Shown: positions 1 to 8,855 of the stretch, in pieces
How the letters are laid out: each line of letters starts with the position of its first letter
How positions within the stretch are numbered: position 1 is the first letter of the stretch
IMG/VR virus record: IMGVR_UViG_2609459790_000002
Span: 1-15,323 of that record
Strand: one strand, 5' to 3'
Length of the DNA stretch: 15,323 nucleotides
Source of the DNA: a virus
Lineage: Duplodnaviria > Heunggongvirae > Uroviricota > Caudoviricetes
Position numbers and translations under genes: made by a program
The notes under the pieces: model-generated
The model's database searches: none
The model's input: the letters and a program-made list of their open reading frames with translations, nothing else
What the model was told of the DNA's origin: nothing

Positions 1-8
1 GGCCCGCG

Positions 9-58
<50 letters not shown>

Positions 59-681
59 ATCCCCGCATAGTCATCATCACAGATTTCAATGACATCACCT
101 GGTACATGGCGAAGCCCTTCGGCACCCACGCTGAAGTCCACGGTCTGCGTTTCCAGCAGTTCCGTTTTAATCAGCCACAGCCCGGCTCGGTGCGCCTGCC
201 CCCGCCTGGTACAGCCAAAGGCATCCATCTTCGTGACGTTACGACCGTAACGGGCAATGGCCTGCGTGTCCTCCACAAGCTCTGTCGCCGTCTCCCAGCC
301 GTTATCCGGGTCAATCCAGTTCACCTCAACGGCATTATGGCGGTCCTTCAGGGCGCTGAAGCTGTAGCGGAACGGCGCGCCATCATCCGGCATCACCACA
401 TTACTGCGGTTATAGGTCCACACCTTATCTGATGGTCGGTCCTGCACGAACGTCAGCGTCTGCCCGTTCCATACCGGCATACAGCGCATCGCCGAGCAGA
501 AATCACTGAGAACATCCCACGCCTTACGCTGTGTGGTCAGCCAGGCATTACAGGTGATGCGCGGCTCCGTGCCGCCAAAACCGTCCGGCACCGACTGGTC
601 GCAACACTGGCCGATGACATACAGCGCCCATTTATCCACATCTGCCGCACCAAGACGTTTACCCATGCCGTAGCGCGGGTG
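59..681 (-). pseudogene. Internal fragment of a lambda J-like tail tip / host-specificity protein (no start, no stop in window)
   Basis: Minus-strand frame whose codons end at plus coordinates divisible by 3 is open from about 681 down to 59. Hand-translated segments: KRLGAADVDKWRLYVIGQCCDQSVPDGFGGTEPRITCNAWLTTQRKAWDVLSDFCSAMRCMPVWNGQTLTFVQDRPSDKVWTYNRSNVVMPDDGAPFRYS (361-660), NVTKMDAFGCTRRGQAHRAG (181-240), EGLRHVPGDVIEICDDDYAGISIG (59-130). I recognise this from memory as the central region of lambda gpJ. Absent from the ORF track because it has no stop codon. Confidence 0.65.
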
Positions 682-916
682 GCTGGAGATCTGTCTCGCT
701 GGCCTGCCGCAGTTCTTCAACTTCCCGGCGCAGCTTTTCGTTCTCAATTTCAGCATCCCTTTCGGCATACCATTTTATGACGGCGGCAGAATCATAAAGC
801 ACCTCATTACCCTTGCCACCGCCTCGCAGAACGGGCATTCCCTGTTCCTGCCAGTTCTGAATGGTACGGATACTCGCACCGAAAATGTCAGCCAGCTGCT
901 TTTTGTTGACTTCCAT
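659..916 (-). pseudogene. nohA: Terminase small subunit Nu1 homologue, truncated after about 79 conserved residues (Qin nohA/nohQ type)
   Basis: Track ORF MEVNKKQLADIFGASIRTIQNWQEQGMPVLRGGGKGNEVLYDSAAVIKWYAERDAEIENEKLRREVEELRQASETDLQP matches the lambda Nu1 N-terminus as I recall it (winged-helix DNA-binding part), then diverges into PALRHG-stop at about nt 680. ATG at 914-916 lies immediately downstream of cosB as in lambda. Confidence 0.8.
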
Positions 917-940
917 TGTTCATTCCACGGACAAAAACAG

Positions 941-1140
941 AGAAAGGAAACGACAAAGGCCAAAAAGCCCGCTTTCAGCACCTGTCGTTTCCTTTCTTTT
1001 CAGGGGGTATTTTAAATAAAAACATTAAGTTACGACGAAGAAGAACGGAAACACCTTAAACCGGAAAATTTTCATAAATAGCGAAAACCCGCGAGGTCGC
1101 CGCCCCGTAACCTGTCGGATCACCGGAAAGGACCCGTAAA
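941..1140 (-). other. Lambda-type cos site: cosB (R1, R2, R3 gpNu1 boxes) and cosN with the 12-nt cohesive-end sequence
   Basis: Minus strand reads GGGCGGCGACCT (plus 1094-1105), the lambda cohesive end. Flanked on one side by the CGTAACCTGTCGGATCACCGGAAAGGACCCGT lambda right-end sequence, on the other by CGCGGGTTTTCGCTATTTATGAAAATTTTCCGG. R3-like box at plus 1042-1054, R2-like 984-997, R1-like 941-954 (CGTTTCC(N)TTCT type). Recognised from memory of the lambda genome ends. Confidence 0.75.
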
Positions 1141-1304
1141 GTGATAATGATTATCATCTACATATCACAACGTGCGTGGAGGCCATCAAACCACGTCAAA
1201 TAATCAATTATGACGCAGGTATCGTATTAATTGATCTGCATCAACTTAACGTAAAAACAACTTCAGACAATACAAATCAGCGACACTGAATACGGGGCAA
1301 CCTC

Positions 1305-1538
1305 ATGTCAACGAAGAACAGAACCCGCAGAACAACAACCCGCAACATCCGCTTTCCTAACCAAATGATTGAACAAATTAACATCGCTCTTGAGCAAAAA
1401 GGGTCCGGGAATTTCTCAGCCTGGGTCATTGAAGCCTGCCGCCGGAGACTGTGCTCAGAAAAAAGAGTTTCTTCTGAAGCAAACAAAGAAAAGAGTGACA
1501 TTACTGAATTGCTCAGAAAACAGGTCAGACCAGATTGA
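1305..1538 (+). CDS. ynfO: Small basic prophage protein (YnfO-like), 77 aa
   Basis: ATG at 1305, first gene after cos; position matches the Qin gene order nohA-ynfO-ydfO. Arg/Thr-rich N-terminus. Symbol assigned by synteny and recollection, not by search. Confidence 0.55.
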   Translation: MSTKNRTRRTTTRNIRFPNQMIEQINIALEQKGSGNFSAWVIEACRRRLCSEKRVSSEANKEKSDITELLRKQVRPD

Positions 1539-1595
1539 AGCAATTTAGATAATCGTGCAGACTACGCCCCCTCATATCACATGGAAGGTTTATCT

Positions 1596-2006
1596 ATGGA
1601 TCAGGTAGTCATTTTTAAACAAATATTTGATAAAGTTCGAAACGATTTAAACTATCAATGGTTTTATTCTGAGCTAAAACGTCACAATGTCTCACATTAC
1701 ATTTACTATTTAGCCACAGAGAATGTTCATATTGTATTAAAAAATGATAATACAGTGTTATTAAAGGGCCTAAAAAACATTGTGTCTGTCAAATTTTCAA
1801 AGGATAGGCATCTTATAGAAACGACCTCTAATAAGCTGAAATCCAGAGAGATCACATTTCAGGAATACAGAAGAAACCTTGCTAAAGCAGGAGTTTTTCG
1901 GTGGGTTACAAATATCCACGAACAAAAAAGATATTACTATACCTTTGATAATTCATTACTATTTACTGAAAGCATCCAGAAAACTACACAGATCTTACCA
2001 CGCTAA
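1596..2006 (+). CDS. ydfO: DUF1398-family prophage protein (YdfO-like), 136 aa
   Basis: Track ORF 1581-2006. The ATG at 1596 has a GGAAGG SD 7 nt upstream (1584-1589) whereas 1581 has none, giving 136 aa. Synteny with Qin ydfO. Confidence 0.6.
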
Positions 2007-2157
2007 ACCATAACGTCCGGCTTCTCTCACTCCTGAGCCGGACTGCATTGGTTTAATAAAAACCATCAACAATTGTGATTTAGATATTCGGAACCATTCA
2101 AATATAACAAAACCCCGTAAAAACGAGGTTTATGGATAAATTTTATTATTGAATACA

Positions 2158-2334
2158 TCAGATTAAATTAATCTTGACATCATAGCTTTCAAGACCCGTC
2201 ATTTTTTCCCGTGCGGTAAACTGAATACTGGTAACTTCTTTCCCGGTCTTTTTCTTAAGTTCAATAATTTTTTTTGTTATATATTCAGAAATATCTGCTT
2301 CTGCTTTTGTTTTTAAGTTTTCAATATTCATCAT
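2158..2334 (-). CDS. gnsB: GnsA/GnsB-family small protein, 58 aa (missed by ORF track, under 60 aa)
   Basis: Hand translation of minus strand: MMNIENLKTKAEADISEYITKKIIELKKKTGKEVTSIQFTAREKMTGLESYDVKINLI, stop TGA at 2158-2160. AAGAGGAA SD 6 nt upstream of tandem ATG ATG (2329-2334). The FTAREKMTGLESYDVK core is the GnsA/GnsB signature as I recall it. Start could be the second ATG (2331). Confidence 0.7.
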   Translation of the reverse strand: MMNIENLKTKAEADISEYITKKIIELKKKTGKEVTSIQFTAREKMTGLESYDVKINLI

Positions 2335-2502
2335 TTCCTCTTTTAGTCTGTTATGACTTTCCAGTTACACAGTAAGTCGATTATATGGTGCAAACGTGTA
2401 AAAGATAAGATGAAACATCGCAATAATCAACATACGATAGTCTAAATTTTACACAAACAGACAAAGAGAATTTTCCTGAATTATCAATGCAATAGCATCA
2501 AA

Positions 2503-2733
2503 TCAACTCAAGAGCCTTATTGCTGCTTCCAGAATTTCTTCTGAAGTAACATGTCGATCCGCGGCTACATAAATGACTTTATGATCTCCGGTCAGAGATG
2601 GAAACCCTGCGGCCATTACAGTAAGGTGTGTTTTTTCGCCATTTGGATATTCACGCATGATGGTGTTAACTCCAGTCATCGCTGGCACTACCACTGCTGG
2701 TTCAGAGTTAAAAAAAACTATGATTTTTTTCAT
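2503..2733 (-). CDS. ynfN: Small hypothetical prophage protein (YnfN-like by position), 76 aa from ATG
   Basis: Track ORF 2503-2775 begins at a TTG; the first ATG is at 2731-2733 (MKKIIVFFNSEPAVVV...). Located between gnsB and cspI as ynfN is in Qin. Start codon is uncertain. Confidence 0.45.
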   Translation of the reverse strand: MKKIIVFFNSEPAVVVPAMTGVNTIMREYPNGEKTHLTVMAAGFPSLTGDHKVIYVAADRHVTSEEILEAAIRLLS

Positions 2734-3004
2734 GATGTTACCGTAGTATGTGAGTATCCATCGAATAGACACCAAGCAAAAAAGCTCCCGAAGGAGCCTT
2801 CATTTTCACTTTTTTAAATCCAACGACAGACGGCTGGCATTTAAGTATTGTGAAATATTATCAAATGTAATCATCATTGATTTACAAAAGATACATTTTG
2901 CCCCGAAAGGATTCATGTCAGAAACATCAAAAGATGATGTTCTATACTGGGAACCATGACAACACGGGCATCTAAAGTGAATATGGTTTGTAATATTGTC
3001 TACC

Positions 3005-3217
3005 TCAAAGCGCCACTACATGAACAGCGGCAGGACCTTTAGGTCCGTTCTCAATACCAAATTCAACTTCCTGATTCTCAGTTAATGTTTTGAAATCGTT
3101 GCTCTGAATTGCTGAGAAATGGACAAACACATCTTTGCTGCCATCTTTCGGCGTGATGAAACCAAAACCTTTTTCAGGGTTAAACCATTTCACTAAACCA
3201 GTCATTTTGTTAGACAT
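3005..3217 (-). CDS. cspI: Cold-shock protein, CspA family, 70 aa
   Basis: [70 protein letters not shown] carries RNP1 (KGFGFI) and RNP2 (VFVHF) motifs. AAGG SD 8 nt upstream of the ATG. Sequence and position match Qin cspI. Confidence 0.9.
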   Translation of the reverse strand: MSNKMTGLVKWFNPEKGFGFITPKDGSKDVFVHFSAIQSNDFKTLTENQEVEFGIENGPKGPAAVHVVAL

Positions 3218-3579
3218 AATTATTACCTTTTGAAGAAATTAGCCCTTGGGCAGAATGGTCCGAAAAAAAATATCAGAGAGAAAAACCAACAAGGAAATCT
3301 CAAGAGGTACAAATAATAAAATTATAACAATGACTGCTTCAGATAAATTTGTAACAAACCAGAACACCATTAACGCATGATTAACCACCCATAGCAAGGA
3401 TTACTTTTGTAAAGAAAAACACAGCAATGAAAGAATAGCTTTATTTATTAATAAAACGTGTCATTCTGATTAAGACCTTTTATCTTACCCTTAAGATTTC
3501 AGGAATTTTGGCTCATGGAAGAGTCCTTTTTATTTAAATTTTACATTCCGCGATGTAAATGTTCCGATTTAATATTACC

Positions 3580-4603
<1,024 letters not shown>

Positions 4604-4607
<4 letters not shown>

Positions 4608-4915
4608 AGATATTTATGATGAGGACGCTCGTGCTTATTGGCAGGATTTTCAATCTTAAAGGAGTACTGATGCTGCAGATAAGACTCAACTTTTTCTGAC
4701 AATTTTTCTGCTACTTCCAGGAAGACTTGCCGGACGCTCCTTCTGGCTGCTGCCTCATAAAACTCCAGCGCAGCTCCTTCAACACGGTCCATGGCGACAT
4801 CCAGGTCAAAAATTTCACCGTCAAAGCGTTCTTTGTCCTGTAAGGCTACAGTTACCGTAACTTTATTCTCAAAATTACGGACTCCTTTCACAACCAGTTC
4901 ATAGTCTTGAGTCAT
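4604..4915 (-). CDS. ydfR: Lysis-cassette accessory protein (YdfR / DUF1327-like), 103 aa
   Basis: ATG at 4913-4915 with an AGGAGA SD 8 nt upstream. Sits between holin and endolysin as in Qin. Function unknown. Confidence 0.65.
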
Positions 4916-4919
4916 TGGA

Positions 4920-5135
4920 TTACTCTCCTCTCGCAGCCTTACGCCTGTCTTCTTTAATCTTGAAATAAAGATTTGTCAGATACGTCAGCAGGCCAAAAAC
5001 CAGGCTACCCAGCACACCGATTGCAGCCCACTGTGACGGAGTTACTTTATCGAGTAACTGCAATGCCCAGAAACCAGCATTACCCGCCGATGTGCCATAG
5101 GCAACACCTGTTGTTAACTTATCCATTGATTTCAT
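4920..5135 (-). CDS. essQ: Class II holin (phage 21 S-like) with dual-start motif, 71 aa
   Basis: [71 protein letters not shown] has two TM segments. Met1-Lys-Ser-Met4 is a holin/antiholin dual start. GGTGAGGA SD directly upstream of the ATG at 5133-5135. The track ORF extends to 5210 without SD support. Confidence 0.8.
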   Translation of the reverse strand: MKSMDKLTTGVAYGTSAGNAGFWALQLLDKVTPSQWAAIGVLGSLVFGLLTYLTNLYFKIKEDRRKAARGE

Positions 5136-5354
5136 ATCCTCACCCCGATGTACACGGATGGTGCAATATGTTTGAAAAGATCGGAGTCTACGGGGTAGTT
5201 TTGACAGCACACGTTGTTCTCAACGGCGCTAAAAAAACATACACATTAAAAATGTGGGTAATTATTTTGAAAGAAAGTCATATATAAAATAATAATACGA
5301 GAAATGTTTTCATATTTAGTGTACTGTATACGGCCATTTATACAGGAAAAGCCT

Positions 5355-5525
5355 ATGTCAGAACGTAAAAACTCAAAATCACGCCGTAATTATCTCGTTA
5401 AATGTTCCTGCCCAAACTGCACCCAAGAGTCAGAACACAGTTTTTCAAGAGTACAAAAAGGTGCCCTTTTGATCTGCCCTCATTGCAACAAAGTATTCCA
5501 GACAAATCTTAAAGCTGTAGCCTGA
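5355..5525 (+). CDS. Small zinc-ribbon protein, 56 aa (CxxC...CxxC), possibly the Qin YnfU-type small protein
   Basis: MSERKNSKSRRNYLVKCSCPNCTQESEHSFSRVQKGALLICPHCNKVFQTNLKAVA has two CxxC pairs (CPNC, CPHC). AGGAAAA SD 8 nt upstream of the ATG at 5355. Track ORF 5304-5525 is the longer version. Confidence 0.5.
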   Translation: MSERKNSKSRRNYLVKCSCPNCTQESEHSFSRVQKGALLICPHCNKVFQTNLKAVA

Positions 5526-5577
5526 TTGATTTTATTAGTAACAAGTATTTTTTATATTTTAATAATATATTTAAAGC

Positions 5578-5607
5578 AGATAATAAAAAACCCGCCTGAG
5601 CGGGTTT
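5578..5607 (-). terminator. Rho-independent terminator (minus-strand oriented), between the Zn-ribbon ORF and cspB
   Basis: Stem AAACCCGC (5588-5595) / GCGGGTTT (5600-5607) with a 4-nt loop. On the minus strand it is followed by TTTTTTATTAT; the plus-strand side has a weaker U tract. Confidence 0.55.
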
Positions 5608-5888
5608 GAGATTGTGGTGCTTTTTGTGGGAGTCATCCACTTACGCACTTTGTTTTGCCATGCCAGCAGTTAGCTTCTGCTGTAAAACTATTCATGCAGC
5701 AAACCTGCACTTCACCACAATGGTTAGCATACTTTTCCTGATTAAGATTTTGCCAAATATGCTAGCCATTGTTTCATGTATTGGACCTCCTTACTTTTTA
5801 TTAAAGAGATCCAATATTCACTACTCTGTCCGTATCTCTACTCAGGCATCAGCCTTCTTCGTTATCGTATACAGACGAGCGATGAATT

Positions 5889-6104
5889 TTAATCAGTAAT
5901 GATGACATTTGCTGCTGCAGGACCTTTAGCACCACTCTCTATAGAGAAGGTAACCTTTTGACCTTCAAATAAGGTTCGATAATTATCATTCTGAATCGCA
6001 GAAAAATGCACAAACACATCTTTACTACCATCAACAGGAGAAATAAAGCCGAAACCTTTATCAGCGTTAAACCATTTTACTAAACCAGTCATTTTATTTG
6101 ACAT
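5889..6104 (-). CDS. cspB: Cold-shock protein CspB, 71 aa
   Basis: [71 protein letters not shown] with RNP1/RNP2 motifs. AAGGAA SD 7 nt upstream of the ATG at 6102-6104. Long AT-rich 5' leader region as in csp genes. Confidence 0.9.
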   Translation of the reverse strand: MSNKMTGLVKWFNADKGFGFISPVDGSKDVFVHFSAIQNDNYRTLFEGQKVTFSIESGAKGPAAANVIITD

Positions 6105-6404
6105 TCTACATTCCTTAACTTGAGCCTTTCGGCATAAATGGTTTGCATAACAGAAACGACTTCGTACTTAATTGGAGAGACTCAAAGAAGGAATAAGTGA
6201 ATAACACCTGAAATGAGAACTGCTTTAGTAAACTACTTCGTATATCGTCTGTTCTTCAAACCGACGCAATCATTAACGCATAGTTGAACATATGAAGCAA
6301 TGTTTATTTTAGACATCCAGCCATCTTCAACCCCATCAAAAAACTATAGCTTTCTTCAGGAACGTGTGTATAGTGCGCCAAGTTATCAGTATTAAGGAAT
6401 TTTT

Positions 6405-6617
6405 TTGTCCCGTAAAATGACAGGAATTGTCAAAACCTTTGACGGCAAAAGCGGCAAGGGTCTTATCACCCCATCCGATGGTCGTATCGATGTCCAGCTT
6501 CATGTTTCAGCGCTCAATCTCCGCGATGCAGAAGAAATTACCACCGGATTACGCGTGGAATTTTGCCGGATAAATGGTCTGCGTGGCCCTTCAGCTGCCA
6601 ATGTTTACCTTTCATGA
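6405..6617 (+). CDS. cspF: Cold-shock-protein-family paralogue CspF, 70 aa (TTG start)
   Basis: [70 protein letters not shown]. First codon is TTG at 6405 with an AAGGAA SD 5 nt upstream. Divergent from cspB. RNP motifs are degenerate, as in CspF/CspH. Confidence 0.85.
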
Positions 6618-6671
6618 GCTATATTAAAGCTTTAATTTCAGGCCCCATCGGATCACACATGGAGAGTTTTT

Positions 6672-6761
6672 ATGAATAACCCCGTCTGTCTTGATGACTG
6701 GTTGATTGGCTTTAAAAGCTTATGCTGTACTTTGGCCGTAATAGCTCTGCTAATAATATAA
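6672..6761 (+). CDS. Candidate 29-aa small hydrophobic protein (speculative)
   Basis: ATG at 6672 preceded by GGAGAG (6661-6666) with a 5-nt spacer. [29 protein letters not shown] ends in a hydrophobic stretch. Lies between cspF and the downstream terminator. No homology could be checked. Confidence 0.25.
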
Positions 6762-6907
6762 TAAGCAGACTCATTGTGTTTAGGGACATTGTACTGGAAG
6801 AAAACATTTTAAACATCAGGCAAATAACCAAGTCACCAGCTAAATAATAAGTTAACAGACATGAGTCCCGGGATGAGATTCAACATTACCATTGCCCCAT
6901 TTAAAGC

Positions 6908-6946
6908 ACAAAACCCGCTCATCAGCGGGTTTTCTACTTTTTCTTA
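6908..6946. terminator. Bidirectional rho-independent terminator (cspF terminator on plus strand; tR'-like on minus strand)
   Basis: Stem AAACCCGC (6911-6918) / GCGGGTTT (6925-6932) with a 6-nt loop. Plus strand continues TTTTCTACTTTTTCTT; minus strand continues TTTTGTGCTTT. Lies about 40-60 nt downstream of the predicted late promoter. Confidence 0.6.
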
Positions 6947-6978
6947 ACGTCGGGTATACAAAGCCCATCGTTGAAAAA

Positions 6979-7007
6979 ATTTTATCCATATTTTTTGAAA
7001 AATGCAA
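6979..7007 (-). promoter_or_regulatory. PR'-like sigma70 late promoter immediately downstream of Q (TTGCAT-N17-TAAAAT)
   Basis: On the minus strand: -35 TTGCAT (plus 7002-7007), 17-nt spacer, -10 TAAAAT (plus 6979-6984). Located 30-60 nt after the quuQ stop, the canonical place for the Q-modified late promoter in lambdoid phages. Confidence 0.5.
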
Positions 7008-7038
7008 ACATCATGTCGCCATCTTCAGCAAAAATCAT

Positions 7039-7791
7039 TTATCTCGTCACCTTCCTCAATTGCGCTTCCGCGTATGCTTCTTCCTGCCAGCACTTTGTTA
7101 CCAGTTTACCAATGACGTCCGCATACCCCTTATACCACTGATAATCGGTCAGGTCTGGTACCAGCTTCTGGACATGACGTCGTGCCAGCGTGGTCGGTAA
7201 ACGACTAAACCGGTTTCCATTACAACGCCCACAAATCTTATATACCGGTACGCCATGAAACCGGGTTCTTTTTTCATCCAGAACAATCCCTTTACCCTTA
7301 CACCCTCTGCACGCTGTGCTGGCTTCGCCCTTACCATGGCAATGCTGACATAGTTCCTTCACCCATTCTTCCTTGATTACAGATTCCCCGCGTCTGTAGT
7401 GTTTCACCACTTCGCGCAATACATTATAAAATCCCGTACCTGAACAATGCTCACAGCGAGCCTTACTTGCCGCAGACCTGGAGTAATCAGCAAAGGCAAA
7501 ACTCACGAGGTAAGGAATAATCTGTAACCGGATTTCTTCACTCAATTTGTTCAATGTCGGGTTATCCAGTGCCATCGCGTAATTTAGCAGGCCTTCAATC
7601 GCAAACTGAGGGTCCTGAACACCAACTTTTGCCAGAAATAAGGCCAACCCAAGTGGTGCTTTCGACTGCACCATCCCCTGCGCTGCCATTACATCCGTAA
7701 TTGTTAAACAACCGGTGCCTGTCGCTGGAGCGTCATCGCTCAATTTTGGAGATTTTGGGGAGTAATATTTTGGTAAGGCTTCAAGGTTCAT
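7039..7791 (-). CDS. quuQ: Late-gene antiterminator Q (phage 82/21-type) with four CxxCxGxG zinc-finger repeats, 250 aa
   Basis: ATG at 7789-7791 (MNLEALPKYY...) with a GGAG SD about 7 nt upstream. Track ORF extends to 7821 but would overlap the upstream gene by 17 nt. Contains CEHCSGTG, CQHCHGKG, CRGCKGKG, CGRCNGNR. Position between ydfU and the late promoter matches Q. Confidence 0.8.
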   Translation of the reverse strand: MNLEALPKYYSPKSPKLSDDAPATGTGCLTITDVMAAQGMVQSKAPLGLALFLAKVGVQDPQFAIEGLLNYAMALDNPTLNKLSEEIRLQIIPYLVSFAFADYSRSAASKARCEHCSGTGFYNVLREVVKHYRRGESVIKEEWVKELCQHCHGKGEASTACRGCKGKGIVLDEKRTRFHGVPVYKICGRCNGNRFSRLPTTLARRHVQKLVPDLTDYQWYKGYADVIGKLVTKCWQEEAYAEAQLRKVTR

Positions 7792-7804
7792 GCTCGTTCT
7801 CCAC

Positions 7805-8854
7805 TTACGCCAGTACGCCAATTGCCAGCGCGCGATCGATAAAACGAAATATCAGCTCCAGTTGGGAGCCATACTTATCTTCAAATGCCACTGTATCCGT
7901 ATGCAGCTCGTTGTGATGCTTTCTGCACAAAGGCAACACAAAGAGATCATGTGCTTTTGTTCCCATTCCGCCCTGCCCGTGACCAATCAGATGATGCGGA
8001 TCGTCGGCTGGCATACCGCAGCAAGCACACGGCTGTGTCTTAACCCAACGTGTGTATTTCTCCTTAACCCAGCGGCGACGTTTAGGCAGCTTCATGAAAG
8101 ATTCCGGAGACTCTGGATCAACGGTGATGCTTACCACCGTCTTTTCCTGTGGTGATTTTTGTTGCTGGTGGGCGTAAGGCAACGGTGCAAGATTTTTTGT
8201 GCGTTGTTTCAATATGCTGGTGGCGGTCTGCTCTCCCGGTACGATGTCGCTTTCGCGGTACACCGAGCAGATTTTTTCCGCTGGTAATCCCAGCGAACGA
8301 CGCGATACAGCCTCAGGTAGTGCATCCACCACCTGATTGCAGACCGCCCACCAGGATAATTCAGCCAAAGATAATTCCCGCTCCTGCGTACCGCTTATTG
8401 CGTGACGGATGACGTCAATCACCCATGCTGTCAGATTTTGTTGAGCAAGCAGCTCCAGTGATTCCGATGTCTGGTCACGCAGTTGGTTGTCGCAGTGCCA
8501 GCACAACACCATTGCGCCGGTACCATAACGGTGAATGACTGTTTCAGTGTGATGGTAATCGCCATTAGGCCACTGGCAGGATGTAACATGACGTAATAGC
8601 CAGTCGGACAATGCGCCAACGCCGCCAGCAGCACGAATCACCCGTTCGTTACTAAAAAACGGCAGCAATGTTTTGTCTTCCGCCAGCGGCTGGCGAACGG
8701 CAGGAACGACTCCGGATGGCAGATTACGCATGCTTTTTGGTTCCGGTTCCACCAGCACTCGAGGATTATGAAATATCTGTATGGATTCACGGCCCGGCTT
8801 AAGGACCACCAGCCCAAGCTCAGGCACCAGAACAGGTCTAAGTAATACCCGCAC
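7805..8854 (-). CDS. ydfU: DUF968-family prophage protein YdfU-like with C-terminal HNH-like Cys/His motif, 349 aa
   Basis: Chosen start is GTG at 8852-8854 with GGAGG 4 nt upstream, one nt after the TAA of the upstream ORF. Track ORF extends to 8893 (GTG, no SD); first ATG at 8731 has no SD. C-terminus has CACCGMPADDPHHLIGHGQGG...LCRKHHNELH. Confidence 0.65.
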   Translation of the reverse strand: MRVLLRPVLVPELGLVVLKPGRESIQIFHNPRVLVEPEPKSMRNLPSGVVPAVRQPLAEDKTLLPFFSNERVIRAAGGVGALSDWLLRHVTSCQWPNGDYHHTETVIHRYGTGAMVLCWHCDNQLRDQTSESLELLAQQNLTAWVIDVIRHAISGTQERELSLAELSWWAVCNQVVDALPEAVSRRSLGLPAEKICSVYRESDIVPGEQTATSILKQRTKNLAPLPYAHQQQKSPQEKTVVSITVDPESPESFMKLPKRRRWVKEKYTRWVKTQPCACCGMPADDPHHLIGHGQGGMGTKAHDLFVLPLCRKHHNELHTDTVAFEDKYGSQLELIFRFIDRALAIGVLA

Positions 8855-8855
8855 G

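Noticed and set aside
106-432. Plus-strand 108-aa ORF
   Set aside because: Antisense shadow of the J-like fragment, which gives a clean recognisable translation on the minus strand; no SD and Pro/Arg-rich low-complexity product.
775-981. Minus-strand 68-aa ORF overlapping Nu1 start and cosB
   Set aside because: Alternative frame over the Nu1 N-terminus and the cos R boxes; no independent support.
1277-1543. Minus-strand 88-aa ORF
   Set aside because: Antisense to ynfO, which has the better start context and fits the synteny.
2776-2800. GC stem GCTCC-CGAA-GGAGC with T run between cspI and the ynfN-like gene
   Set aside because: Would sit only about 40 nt upstream of the ynfN-like start on the same strand and the stem is 5 bp; cannot separate an attenuator from chance.
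2551-2959. Plus-strand ORFs 2551-2817 and 2750-2959
   Set aside because: Overlap and are antisense to the ynfN-like gene and the cspI downstream region; no SD, odd composition.
4973-5287. Plus-strand 104-aa ORF and the long 5210 start of the holin ORF
   Set aside because: The plus ORF is antisense to the holin. The holin start at 5135 has a strong SD and gives the canonical 71-aa dual-start protein.
5606-5899. Plus-strand 97-aa ORF downstream of the terminator
   Set aside because: Lies in the cspB 3' region, has no SD, and its Cys/Phe-rich product has no recognisable features. Kept as unlikely.
6892-8634. ORFs 6892-7200(+), 7149-7337(-), 7701-7916(+), 7790-8155(+), 8149-8412(+), 8431-8634(-)
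   Set aside because: All overlap quuQ or ydfU in other frames or antisense; the Q and DUF968 frames are the ones with motifs and translational signals.
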